Assembly: GCA_963674695.2 (NCBI GenBank)
Contig: CAXXGI010000003.1
Span: 384,001 to 448,000 of the forward strand
Source of the DNA: a bacterium
GTDB lineage: Bacteria; UBA10199; 2-02-FULL-44-16; JAAZCA01
Reading direction: 5' to 3'
DNA length: 64,000 bases
A model generated the notes under the pieces. That model worked only from the letters and a program-made list of their open reading frames with translations, did not search any database and was not told where the DNA came from. Below, one piece after another: positions 9,508-18,991 of the stretch; the stretch's first letter is position 1, and the number at the start of each line of letters is the position of its first letter. The position numbers and the translations under genes were made by a program.

Positions 9508-10287
9508 TTATGTTGATCCGCGGCGGTCGATGGTGAGGAGCGTGCCGCCGACGACGAGGATGGGGGCGAACAGCAGACTGAAGAAGGGGATCACGAAACC
9601 CGCACCCAAGCCCACGAGCGACCACTTGTGACGCCACCCGAAGCGGAAGCGATCGCCCGTCGGGACGATCCGCCGCCCGAGCGGCAGGTCGGCGAACGCG
9701 AACCCCAGGTCCCACGCGCCGAAGATGAGCGTGAGCACGACGTAGATCACGCCCCCCACGCCCGGGATGAGGTTGAGGACGAGCAGGGCGATCGGAATGA
9801 CGATGAGAATCGCCGCCTTGACCGACTCCACCCTGATGATGCGCAGCATGTCCCCCAGAAATTTCTTCCACACAAACGGCGGGCCTTCTTTGCCCGTGAC
9901 GATTATCTCCACGCGCTCGGAGAGCGCATCGTTGAAGGGCGCGGCGATGATGAGGCCGGCGGCATAGCCGACGATGAGCAGCAGGATGAGCGCGACGAGC
10001 ACGAGCAGGAGCTGAAACAGGACGTTGACGACCCAGAGCAGGGCATTCAGCGCCTGCCAGTACCAGGTGCTCGGGTTGTCGATCGTGAGATCGCCGACAT
10101 ACGACACCAGCCACCCATAGAGATCGCCATAGTAATGAACGAACACCCAAATCATCACGAGGATGAGCGCCAAGTTGATGAGGAACGGGATGAGCGCCCA
10201 CGGCCAGAGACGTGGCTTGGACAAGAGAAACGAAAACCCGCGAAAAAAATACCGCACGCCGTCGAAGAGGTCTTTGATAGGAGACAT
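9508..10287 (-). CDS. EI24/CysZ-like membrane protein, copy 2
   Basis: Close paralog of 1998-2777. Confidence 0.85.
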   Translation of the reverse strand: MSPIKDLFDGVRYFFRGFSFLLSKPRLWPWALIPFLINLALILVMIWVFVHYYGDLYGWLVSYVGDLTIDNPSTWYWQALNALLWVVNVLFQLLLVLVALILLLIVGYAAGLIIAAPFNDALSERVEIIVTGKEGPPFVWKKFLGDMLRIIRVESVKAAILIVIPIALLVLNLIPGVGGVIYVVLTLIFGAWDLGFAFADLPLGRRIVPTGDRFRFGWRHKWSLVGLGAGFVIPFFSLLFAPILVVGGTLLTIDRRGST

Positions 10288-10447
10288 GGTTGGGACCTAT
10301 CGAAGTGGCTGCCAAGAAACAAGCGGGAAATGGATGGAGGCGAATAGCGCGTATTTTCACTGCTGTATCTCCTGTGAGCCGACCGGATCGCCCAATGTCT
10401 CATGCGGATGATGTCAGTTCGAAATGGCTATCTTAAGTAGAATCTAC

Positions 10448-10474
10448 GCAACATTTATCGCCCTATTGCGATAA
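10448..10474 (+). promoter_or_regulatory. GCAAC-N16-CGATAA motif (site 3)
   Basis: GCAAC atttatcgccctattg CGATAA, 46 nt before ATG 10521. Confidence 0.7.
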
Positions 10475-10520
10475 CCCCTTCGCATCACAAAACGAAAACA
10501 TATTTTACGAGGAGGAAATC

Positions 10521-11909
10521 ATGTCGATCTTTTTCACACCTTCAACCATGGGGCAGGCGGCGGCGGGGCTTGCCAACACACCAGTATTTGATGCCATGCA
10601 GCCCGCATACGCAACCGGCTTCGGCGACGGTGTTGGCGATGCATTTGAAGCACAGCAGGCCGTCACCGATTCGACCGTCTTCTATCAGAAGGAGGGTGAT
10701 GGTGATTCGCTCGTCAAGCAATCGAAGGGCGCGGGGGGAAAGAGCATCGTGGCCTATGGAAACGAAGCGCCGGTTGTGACGCTTGCCAATGGGCGGGAGG
10801 CGGAGATCAAGGAAAAGGCGCGTGAGGTCGTCGCGACGATGAAGCAGGATCCTTCAAGCGTAAAGGTTCGATTAGCGATGAGCGAGGTGGGGATAGATGC
10901 GCTCACGAATACGGGAGAGGTGGCCGAACTCCTGCAGGAGAACGTCGGTTCGCTCATGCGCTCGCTTGGGAGCGAAGGAAAAGTCCTCAAACAGTTAGGC
11001 GAGGTGCAGTCGATGATGAAGGTCGTCGAGGGCCCCTGGTATGCGCGCGCGATGGATGCGGTCTCAGAGAAGCTTCCGTTCGGGATGGGCGCGGGCAAGC
11101 GCATGGCGATTCGCTGGGAACGATTGAAGGATGTACCGAAGAACGTGATGGCCGGGCTCAAAGAGCATCGCGCTGAGTTGGAAAACGGGATCGTGGCGTT
11201 CGATCATCTCACGACGGCGGCCAAGTCCTGCCAGGTTCGCGTGGAGGAGGCGATCTTCATGTTCGATGAAGTCATCGCGGCGCTCAAGGAGGAACGGGCG
11301 AACTACGGCGAAGGGACGCAGGAGCGTGCGGTCTGGGAGAACGTGATCAAGAACCTGGAGCGGCGCAAGACGCAGATGATCGTGCAGCGCGGACGCCTCA
11401 CGCAGGGGATTTTGGTCAACTTGGTCCACATCGATATCAACGAGGCCGGGATCAACGAGATCGAGATGACGCTGGATGATGTCGCGATCGGCATGCCGAT
11501 GGCGCTGGCGCAACTGGCGGGGCGCGCCCGGCAGAAGGCGGCGCAGCTGGTGACGGGGAAGACGCGGGCGTTCAACCGTCAGCTGAATACGGCGGTGATC
11601 GAGGGCGCGCGCAGCGGGGTCGAGGGCCAGCTTGAACTCGAGCGCGACGGAGCCAAGGATGTTGAGTCTGTTATCGCAAATATGAAACGCCTCGTGGAAA
11701 CGCTCGAGCGCTATCGAACCGGGAGGCTAGAGAATCATCAGTTGATCGGCAAGACGCTCAGGGCCGCCAAAGGCCTAAGGGGTGGGGCCGAAAAGGCTAT
11801 CGCGGAATTCCAGGAGACGCGCCGGGCGCTGGGGCTCGCCAATCCGCGCGCGGCGCTAGAAGAGAAGGACAAGAAGCTCAGCGATGGCATCACGGAGACG
11901 AACGGTTGA
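10521..11909 (+). CDS. TelA/KlaB-like coiled-coil protein, copy 2
   Basis: Paralog of 3005-4420 (shared MSIFFT, VGSLM.SLGSEG.VLK, VEGPWY.RAMD.VSE.LPFG, RRKTQMI.QR). Confidence 0.55.
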   Translation: MSIFFTPSTMGQAAAGLANTPVFDAMQPAYATGFGDGVGDAFEAQQAVTDSTVFYQKEGDGDSLVKQSKGAGGKSIVAYGNEAPVVTLANGREAEIKEKAREVVATMKQDPSSVKVRLAMSEVGIDALTNTGEVAELLQENVGSLMRSLGSEGKVLKQLGEVQSMMKVVEGPWYARAMDAVSEKLPFGMGAGKRMAIRWERLKDVPKNVMAGLKEHRAELENGIVAFDHLTTAAKSCQVRVEEAIFMFDEVIAALKEERANYGEGTQERAVWENVIKNLERRKTQMIVQRGRLTQGILVNLVHIDINEAGINEIEMTLDDVAIGMPMALAQLAGRARQKAAQLVTGKTRAFNRQLNTAVIEGARSGVEGQLELERDGAKDVESVIANMKRLVETLERYRTGRLENHQLIGKTLRAAKGLRGGAEKAIAEFQETRRALGLANPRAALEEKDKKLSDGITETNG

Positions 11910-11944
11910 AGAGGTGCTGCGTTCGTAAACAGGAGGTATAGGGC

Positions 11945-13690
11945 ATGGGCGGAATAGTGACGACAGTGGGAATGGGCTATACGTTGATGCCGATGTTGCC
12001 GTTATCATTCGATGCGGATGGTACAGATGCCGACGACGTGAATGCGACGCAGACGATGGCCTTTGCCGCAGCGGGAGATTCCTTTGAAGAGGAGGCGTCG
12101 CCCGCCGCGGTTGCCGTGATGGAGAGGCCCGTGAATACCCCGCTCGGATCGATCTTTCATGCGTTGCCGCCGGAGTTTCACGCGATGGTGGTGGGGAAAG
12201 GGGATCCACCTGCTTCGGCGTTGGAGCCTATAGCGATGACCGTCAACACGTCCTCGGTGCCAATAGATAAAAGGAAAAAACTAGCGCTGATCGTGAGGCC
12301 GTGGAATCACTTGAGTGTGGGTTTTATTGCTAATGTGTTTTCATTATGGGGATGTGCCATTTTTTCTAGTGTAATACCGAAGGTGCTCAATCTTCATTTA
12401 TCTGCGGAAGATCAGGTTGCGCTATTAGGCGGAAGTTTTGCAGCAGCTCAGGGGTTGCTGATGATCACTGGAACAATCGTGTATCATGGCGGTGATTGGC
12501 TACAGCTTATCGAGAGAACCTGTTTTTCCAGTAGCAGGCAGCAAATGACTTCAATCAAAGACGTCCTTGCACAACCCATCGCCAAACAGGTCCTCGGCAG
12601 CGAGATCTCCCAGGAGGATTATCGAAGTGCGTTGTCCGCAAATGTGAGCGAGTGGAACAAACTGAACCCGGTCGAGCAGTCTGCCTATCTGCGCGCCGAT
12701 CGGCGAAGTGGTCTCGATGATCAAGAGAAACCCATCGTTTTGCAATCACGCGCCACCCCGGTTTCAGTCGGCTTTACGTTGCAGCGACTCCTCGAACGCT
12801 TTCACGGCCTGGGTGGTGTGGGTGCGCAGCGGGAGATGGATGGGGCGAGTCCAGAGTTGAGCAAGTGGCATGGGGACTATCTCGCCAAATTGGAGAATGG
12901 GGGCGAAGATACCACGAAGTTTCGGACGGATAAAAGTCACATCCCCGCAATGGCGATCGGTGCAAAACTTGCCGCCATCCCCGCTGCGCGACGTGCGCTC
13001 AGAGGTGTTCCCAGAAAGCAATATGAGGGGATGGTCAAGGCGGTCATCAAGGAGTGGAAAACGCTCAATCCTGTCCAGCGCGGAACGCTGCACATCGCCG
13101 ATCGTCTCATGGGGATTGCAACAGAGGAGCATGGCATCGACATTTCACCGAGCTGGTGGACGATCTCTACCGGGTTCGCGTTGATGCGTATGATTGGGCG
13201 ATTGGGTCTGGCGGATGTTGTAGCCGAGGGAGCCTCAAAAGGGCCGGGGGTATGGTATCAGCGCTATAGTGCATATCTGGCCGAGGCGTCGACTCATCCC
13301 CTCGACCTATCGGTGAAGAAGGGTATGGATTCAAAGTCAGTCATTTCCGCCCACCTCTTGCAGATTCCGGAAGTGCGGAGCGCACTCTTGAATTTATCGA
13401 TGAAGGAGTACCGAGCAGTCATAGACAGGATCACTTCCGAGTGGAGGAAGACAAACGAAGTATCACAAATAGATCATTTGGAGACCGACAAGAAAAACGG
13501 CCTTCTCTCCGACATCGACCAAGAGGGCCTCATCTCCCCCGGTTACATCGCCCGCCTTTTCTGCGAGCGATATCTCGGTATGGGTGAGAAGGCTGTGCGC
13601 GAGCGGTTCAAACTCGATGCCAAGGTGCGTGAGAAGCTGGAGGCGTGGTATCGGTCGTATCGGAAGGCGTTGGATGGCGTGAGCGTGTGA
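11945..13690 (+). CDS. Family-X protein 2
   Basis: AGGAGG RBS; same repeat and C-terminal motifs. Confidence 0.85.
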   Translation: MGGIVTTVGMGYTLMPMLPLSFDADGTDADDVNATQTMAFAAAGDSFEEEASPAAVAVMERPVNTPLGSIFHALPPEFHAMVVGKGDPPASALEPIAMTVNTSSVPIDKRKKLALIVRPWNHLSVGFIANVFSLWGCAIFSSVIPKVLNLHLSAEDQVALLGGSFAAAQGLLMITGTIVYHGGDWLQLIERTCFSSSRQQMTSIKDVLAQPIAKQVLGSEISQEDYRSALSANVSEWNKLNPVEQSAYLRADRRSGLDDQEKPIVLQSRATPVSVGFTLQRLLERFHGLGGVGAQREMDGASPELSKWHGDYLAKLENGGEDTTKFRTDKSHIPAMAIGAKLAAIPAARRALRGVPRKQYEGMVKAVIKEWKTLNPVQRGTLHIADRLMGIATEEHGIDISPSWWTISTGFALMRMIGRLGLADVVAEGASKGPGVWYQRYSAYLAEASTHPLDLSVKKGMDSKSVISAHLLQIPEVRSALLNLSMKEYRAVIDRITSEWRKTNEVSQIDHLETDKKNGLLSDIDQEGLISPGYIARLFCERYLGMGEKAVRERFKLDAKVREKLEAWYRSYRKALDGVSV

Positions 13691-13711
13691 TTGGTTCAAG
13701 GAGGATAAAGG

Positions 13712-15508
13712 ATGAGTGGATTGGGAAATATTGTGGGATTGAACAACTTCGTGCCGAGCATGGCATTGGCGACGGCGGGCGGCGGTCTGGGGCTCGGTGA
13801 CGGCGTTGCGTCCGCCGCGAGCGACGATCCGATCGACATGACCTCCCCGATGGCGTTTGCTGCGGATGGTGATGCGTTTGAGGCGGGAGATCCAGGCACG
13901 GTTGCAGTGGTGAATAGGCCCGCGAATAATACCTCCCTCGCATCCCTCTTCGCCCCGTGTGCACATCACGCGATGGTGCGGAATGATAGTGCTATTGAGA
14001 TAAACGTTAGTAGGCTGCAAGAGCCTCAAAAACCAAAACGAAAAGGCAAAGATCGTTTGTGGCATTTCTATCCGGGTAAAGCTGTGGGAGAGTATGTTTA
14101 CAGAAATGATGAGATTGGCCCCGTTGATTGGTTAGTTCCAGTAGATATGAATGGTACAGGATTAGCGCTCACTACTATGTGGGTTGTTGGAGCCGCTGGC
14201 ATGGTCGCCATTGCGGCCTTCGCCACGAGTGGTATTGAATTGATCTTTTACGAGGCCGGTGCGTGGCTCTTCAATAAGACCTGTGGGAACGCAGTTGCTC
14301 ATGGCAGAGAATGGATGAAAATTGCAAGACACACGTTAACACAGGGCACATTCGGACAAGAGAACTCCTCAATCAAAGACGTCCTTGCACAACCCATCGC
14401 CAAACAGGCCATCGGCAGCGAGATCTCCCAGACAGAGTATCGAAGTGCGCTCTTTGCGAATGTTCGCGAATGGAACAAACTGAACCCGGTCGAGCAGGCG
14501 GCCTTCCTGCGCGCCGATCGGCGGAGCGGTTTTGACTATCGAAAGGAACCCATCGTTCTGCAATCACGCGGCACCCCGGTTTCAGTCGGTTTCAATCTAC
14601 AGCGACTCCTCGAGCGCTTTCACGGCCTGGGTGGCGTGGGTGCGCAGCAGGAGATGGAAGGGGCGAGTCAAGAGCTGAGCAAGTGGCATAGGGACTATCG
14701 CGCCAAATTGGAGAATGGGGGCGAAGATACCACGAAGTTTCGGACGGATAAAAGTCACATCCCCGCAATGGCGATCGGTGCAAAACTTGCCGCCATCCCC
14801 GCTGCGCGACGTGCGCTCAGAGGTGTTCCCAGAAAGCAATATGAGGGGATGGTCAAGGCGGTCATCAAGGAGTGGAAAACGCTCAATCCTGTCCAGCGCG
14901 GAACGCTGCACATCGCCGATCGTCTCATGGGGATTGCAACAGAGGAGCATGGCATCGACATTTCACCGAGCTGGTGGACGATCTCTACCGGGTTCGCGTT
15001 GATGCGTATGATTGGGCGATTGGGTCTGGCGGATGTTGTAGCCGAGGGAGCCTCAAAAGGGCCGGGGGTATGGTATCAGCGCTATAGTGCATATCTGGCC
15101 GAGGCGTCGACTCATCCCCTCGACCTATCGGTGAAGAAGGGTATGGATTCAAAGTCAGTCATTTCCGCCCACCTCTTGCAGATTCCGGAAGTGCGGAGCG
15201 CACTCTTGAATTTATCGATGAAGGAGTACCGAGCAGTCATAGACAGGATCACTTCCGAGTGGAGGAAGACAAACGAAGTATCACAAATAGATCATTTGGA
15301 GACCGACAAGAAAAACGGCCTTCTCTCCGACATTCAGGGTGCAGGCCTCATCTCCCCCGGCTTCATCGCCCGCCGCTTTTGTGAGCGCTATCTCGGCATG
15401 GGTGAGAAGGCTGTGCGCGAGCGGTTCAAACTCGATGCCAAGGTGCGTGAGAAGCTGGAGGCGTGGTATCGGTCGTATCTCGATGCGCTCGATGGCGTGA
15501 GCGTGTGA
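13712..15508 (+). CDS. Family-X protein 3
   Basis: AGGAGG RBS; C-terminal half nearly identical to X2. Confidence 0.85.
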   Translation: MSGLGNIVGLNNFVPSMALATAGGGLGLGDGVASAASDDPIDMTSPMAFAADGDAFEAGDPGTVAVVNRPANNTSLASLFAPCAHHAMVRNDSAIEINVSRLQEPQKPKRKGKDRLWHFYPGKAVGEYVYRNDEIGPVDWLVPVDMNGTGLALTTMWVVGAAGMVAIAAFATSGIELIFYEAGAWLFNKTCGNAVAHGREWMKIARHTLTQGTFGQENSSIKDVLAQPIAKQAIGSEISQTEYRSALFANVREWNKLNPVEQAAFLRADRRSGFDYRKEPIVLQSRGTPVSVGFNLQRLLERFHGLGGVGAQQEMEGASQELSKWHRDYRAKLENGGEDTTKFRTDKSHIPAMAIGAKLAAIPAARRALRGVPRKQYEGMVKAVIKEWKTLNPVQRGTLHIADRLMGIATEEHGIDISPSWWTISTGFALMRMIGRLGLADVVAEGASKGPGVWYQRYSAYLAEASTHPLDLSVKKGMDSKSVISAHLLQIPEVRSALLNLSMKEYRAVIDRITSEWRKTNEVSQIDHLETDKKNGLLSDIQGAGLISPGFIARRFCERYLGMGEKAVRERFKLDAKVREKLEAWYRSYLDALDGVSV

Positions 15509-15530
15509 TCGGATACAAGGAGAACGAAGG

Positions 15531-17396
15531 ATGAGCGGACTGGGAAATATTGTGGGACTGAATAACTTTGTGCCGAGCATGGCATTGGCGACGGCGGGTG
15601 GTGGTGTGGATTTCGGCGAGGAGGTCGTCTCCGGCGCGAGCGACGGTCTGGGTGTCGACATGCAATCCTCGATGGCGTTCGCGGCTGAAGGCGATGCGTT
15701 TGAGAACGGAGAACAGCCCGACACGCTTACAGTAGCGGAGAGGCCTGCTGGTTCCTCACGCGAATCCCTCTTCGCGCCGTCGGAGTCTCACGAGATGGTG
15801 GCGAAGAAACAAGGTCAAAAGGTTTCGTTGCCGGATTCGTCCCGGGATGCTGATGAATCGGCACCAAGCGCGTTGCAGATCGATATTGCCGTTCCTCAGA
15901 TTCTTCCATCGAAGAAACGGTTGTGGCATTTCTATCCGCTCGAAGGTGCAGGGCATCGTGTGTATTTGAAGGACAAGAAGGGAGCGTATCTCTATGATGA
16001 TAATGGATGGGTAAAACATCGCACAACCGATACCGGTTATTGGCTCTTGACGATGTGGTGGGCGGGGTTGGGAGGCATGATTGCGGCTCCCATTATTTCG
16101 GTTGCAGTATTCAATACTGGTCTTGCCGGGACGGTTGCGGTCGAGTCGGGTATGTGGCTCTTCAATAAGTTCTGCGGAAATGCCGTGGTGCATGGCGGTG
16201 AATGGATGCGTGTCCTTTTTCCGAGGTCCTTCATTTCGAAACAGATGAAGGGGGCGACACAAGCGCTTCTGAAAGAGGAATTGATGGGGAGCGTCGTGGG
16301 AGATGACGTCGGTCAGCGAACGTATCATGACCTGCAGAAGCAATACATCCGTGAATGGAGCGAGAAAAATCCGGTCGAGCAGGCGGTCTTTCTCCGAGCC
16401 GATCGTATCAAGGCGAACGAAAAATCAGACACGCCGATCCTGTTGTGTCAGAGCCGATCGCCCGTCTCCGTTGGATTTCTGATGTGCCGATTCATCGAGC
16501 AGATGTATGGTATGGGCGGGATAGCGCAGGACGTCATCTCCCGGAAGCCGTCGTCGACGATCGATGACTGGCATGCTCAATATAAGAACATGCTCGACAA
16601 CGAGAGCCAACGACAGGTGAAATTCTCCACGGAGGATACGCATGTTCCGGAGATGGTGATCGGCGCCAAGCTCGCGGCGATTCCTGCAGCACGTCGCGCT
16701 CTCATGGGGGTGTCGAAAAAACAGTATCGGAGGATGCTCGGGAGGATCATCGGGGAGTGGGCTAGGTTCAATCCGATATCCTGTGGCGTCTTTCATGCGG
16801 TGGATCACCAAATGAACGTTGTGCCGGAAACCGATCCGGTGATGGTGTCATCGCACTGGTTGGGCATGTCTCCCGGATTTGTCCTGATGCGTCTGATCGA
16901 ACGTTTGGGGATAGAGGATGTGGTGACGACTGGCGATGCAAACGATCCGGCGGTCTGGCATGCGGCGTACACGAAGATGGGAATGGCCAAGTTGCAGAAG
17001 CGGGCGTTGACGATCAGCGTGAACAAAGATGCCGACGGAAACGATGCCATTGCGCTCGGATTGATGCGGGAACCTCGAATACGAGCGGCCTTGATGCATT
17101 TTTCCAAGGCCGAATATCGCGGTATGATAAAAAAAATTGTCGGTGAATGGAATGGTGTAAATCTCTTTTCACGGAGACGCCATGTGAAGACGGATATCGG
17201 TCAAGGGCTGTTGCCTCCGGATAGTGATGGCAATGCCATCTCCCCCGGCTTCATCGCCCGGCGTTTCTGCGAGCGCTATCTCGGCATGGGCGAGAAGGGC
17301 ACGCGCGAGCAGTTCAAATTCGACGCCGAGGTGCGCAACAAGCTGGAGGCCTGGTATCGGTCGTATATGAGGGCGCTGGAGGGAGGGGCAGGATGA
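15531..17396 (+). CDS. Family-X protein 4
   Basis: N-terminus shared with X3; same repeat and C-terminal motifs. Confidence 0.85.
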   Translation: MSGLGNIVGLNNFVPSMALATAGGGVDFGEEVVSGASDGLGVDMQSSMAFAAEGDAFENGEQPDTLTVAERPAGSSRESLFAPSESHEMVAKKQGQKVSLPDSSRDADESAPSALQIDIAVPQILPSKKRLWHFYPLEGAGHRVYLKDKKGAYLYDDNGWVKHRTTDTGYWLLTMWWAGLGGMIAAPIISVAVFNTGLAGTVAVESGMWLFNKFCGNAVVHGGEWMRVLFPRSFISKQMKGATQALLKEELMGSVVGDDVGQRTYHDLQKQYIREWSEKNPVEQAVFLRADRIKANEKSDTPILLCQSRSPVSVGFLMCRFIEQMYGMGGIAQDVISRKPSSTIDDWHAQYKNMLDNESQRQVKFSTEDTHVPEMVIGAKLAAIPAARRALMGVSKKQYRRMLGRIIGEWARFNPISCGVFHAVDHQMNVVPETDPVMVSSHWLGMSPGFVLMRLIERLGIEDVVTTGDANDPAVWHAAYTKMGMAKLQKRALTISVNKDADGNDAIALGLMREPRIRAALMHFSKAEYRGMIKKIVGEWNGVNLFSRRRHVKTDIGQGLLPPDSDGNAISPGFIARRFCERYLGMGEKGTREQFKFDAEVRNKLEAWYRSYMRALEGGAG

Positions 17397-18658
17397 TGAA
17401 GCCGCCGGGTATCTCCACAAGCCTCATGGCGCTCACCCCGACCGAGCTTCCGGGGATGGACGATGGCGCGTGGGTGACGGCGATTGAGCTCTCCTCCGGC
17501 GATGATGCGGGCATGACCGTCGTCGAAACGCCAGTTGCAACGCCGATGACCGCGATTTCGTATGAGGCGCCGTCGCAGAATATCTTTGCACGCGCCTGGA
17601 GCCGCCTGCGCCAGGGAACGACCGCTCGTCCGCGAACGACGCGCGATGGATGGATCACACCAGAGGGGACGACCTCACCGGCGCTTTCAGCCGCCTATAC
17701 GCTGGCCGCGTATATCGATCCCGACAATCGCCCGCGCCAGAGCTCGATTGCGGCGACGATGCTGCGTAGTGCGCGGCGTGCGGCGAACATCCGTTTGCAG
17801 AAAAGCATCCGTCCGCTCGATGTCGCCGAGGTGGCGGCTGTTGGGTTTGAACTCGAAATGACCGATGCCTTGCTCGATGAGATCGGTGTGGCTCCCGAAG
17901 AAATCGCCGATTTTCGGGCCCTGGATCGAACGCGATCCCCTGGAACGAGCGGAACGCCGGTGGCCAAGGCGCGCTGGCTCGCCAAGCTCTCGCTCTATGC
18001 GCCGGAGCGCGAGGTGCACTTCTGGCGCTGGGCTGAGCAGGCATCTGCACAGCTCGTTGCGCGCACGATCCTGCGCGCTTCCCTCCCCGACGAACCGCTG
18101 CAAGGGGCACTTAGCCTGGAAGGCGCGCTCATGCTCGCGGGGCGCGAGCGGGCGATGGCGGGGCGCGACCACATCGTGCGCATCGATCATGTGTTGGGCG
18201 CGGTCGCGGCGGTTGGTGGTGCTGCATCCATTTCATGGCCGGAGTTGGCCAAAGTCTCGGAGCTGCCGACACCTCTCACCGATGCCACGCGCGCATGGAC
18301 GGAAACGAGTGCGGCTCGTCTGCGCAATCAGGATGGGGCCTTCGCGCCGATCGATCTCGTCGAGCGCCTCTACGCCATGACCGACGGCGTGCGCGCGTTC
18401 GAGAAGCGGATGGGGCGGGTGCAGCGCAATAACCTGCGCGTGCACGCCTCGCGCGCTCTCGATCGCGAGACGATCAGCGACACCGACCTCACGCTCCTGC
18501 TCTGGGAGATGCTCGGGCGCTCGAACGTCGATCCGCACGAGGCCGTCCTGATGCACATCGACCGCATCCGCGATGGGGTCTTCGCCCTGCGGGATGAGGC
18601 TAGCCGCGCCCATAACGAGGCCTTTGCCCTGTACCGACGTATCCTCTCTCCACATTGA
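17393..18658 (+). CDS. Family-Y protein 2
   Basis: ATGA overlap; central ~590 bp appears identical to Y1. Confidence 0.8.
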   Translation: MMKPPGISTSLMALTPTELPGMDDGAWVTAIELSSGDDAGMTVVETPVATPMTAISYEAPSQNIFARAWSRLRQGTTARPRTTRDGWITPEGTTSPALSAAYTLAAYIDPDNRPRQSSIAATMLRSARRAANIRLQKSIRPLDVAEVAAVGFELEMTDALLDEIGVAPEEIADFRALDRTRSPGTSGTPVAKARWLAKLSLYAPEREVHFWRWAEQASAQLVARTILRASLPDEPLQGALSLEGALMLAGRERAMAGRDHIVRIDHVLGAVAAVGGAASISWPELAKVSELPTPLTDATRAWTETSAARLRNQDGAFAPIDLVERLYAMTDGVRAFEKRMGRVQRNNLRVHASRALDRETISDTDLTLLLWEMLGRSNVDPHEAVLMHIDRIRDGVFALRDEASRAHNEAFALYRRILSPH

Positions 18659-18711
18659 TGCATTTCTGAATACAGAGAGTCTGTTAGGAAATGACGATTC
18701 TGTCGATTGTT

Positions 18712-18834
18712 TTCATCCCCGCGAATGCGGGGATCTCGATGTGGCGAGATAATCGAGATTCCCGCGTTCGCGGGAATGACATGCTTCAGTATGGGAATGA
18801 CATGCTTCAGTATGGGAATGACATGCTTCAGTAT
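18712..18834. repeat. REP-like palindrome pair followed by a 21-bp tandem repeat (gggaatgacatgcttcagtat x3)
   Basis: tcatccccgcgaatgcgggg...cccgcgttcgcgggaatgac; units at 18772, 18793, 18814. Confidence 0.85.
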
Positions 18835-18911
18835 TACGATAATGATTGCACGAAAGGACGTTCTCATTCCCCTCACTGTTCTCTTTTGAGAACGGTTTTT
18901 TTCTGAAAGAC

Positions 18912-18938
18912 GCAACTTTTTTTGCAGCGCTGCGATAA
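18912..18938 (+). promoter_or_regulatory. GCAAC-N16-CGATAA motif (site 4)
   Basis: GCAAC tttttttgcagcgctg CGATAA; upstream ~35 nt homologous to the site-2 region. Confidence 0.7.
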
Positions 18939-18991
18939 AGAGAGGGTTGAAGAACATTGGTTCTCACTATTGGAGAAAAAGGAGGAATGGC

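Noticed and set aside
18772-18834. Mini-CRISPR, or coding repeat in ORF 18370-18957
   Set aside because: Perfect 21-bp head-to-tail triplication starting in a REP end; best explained by slippage
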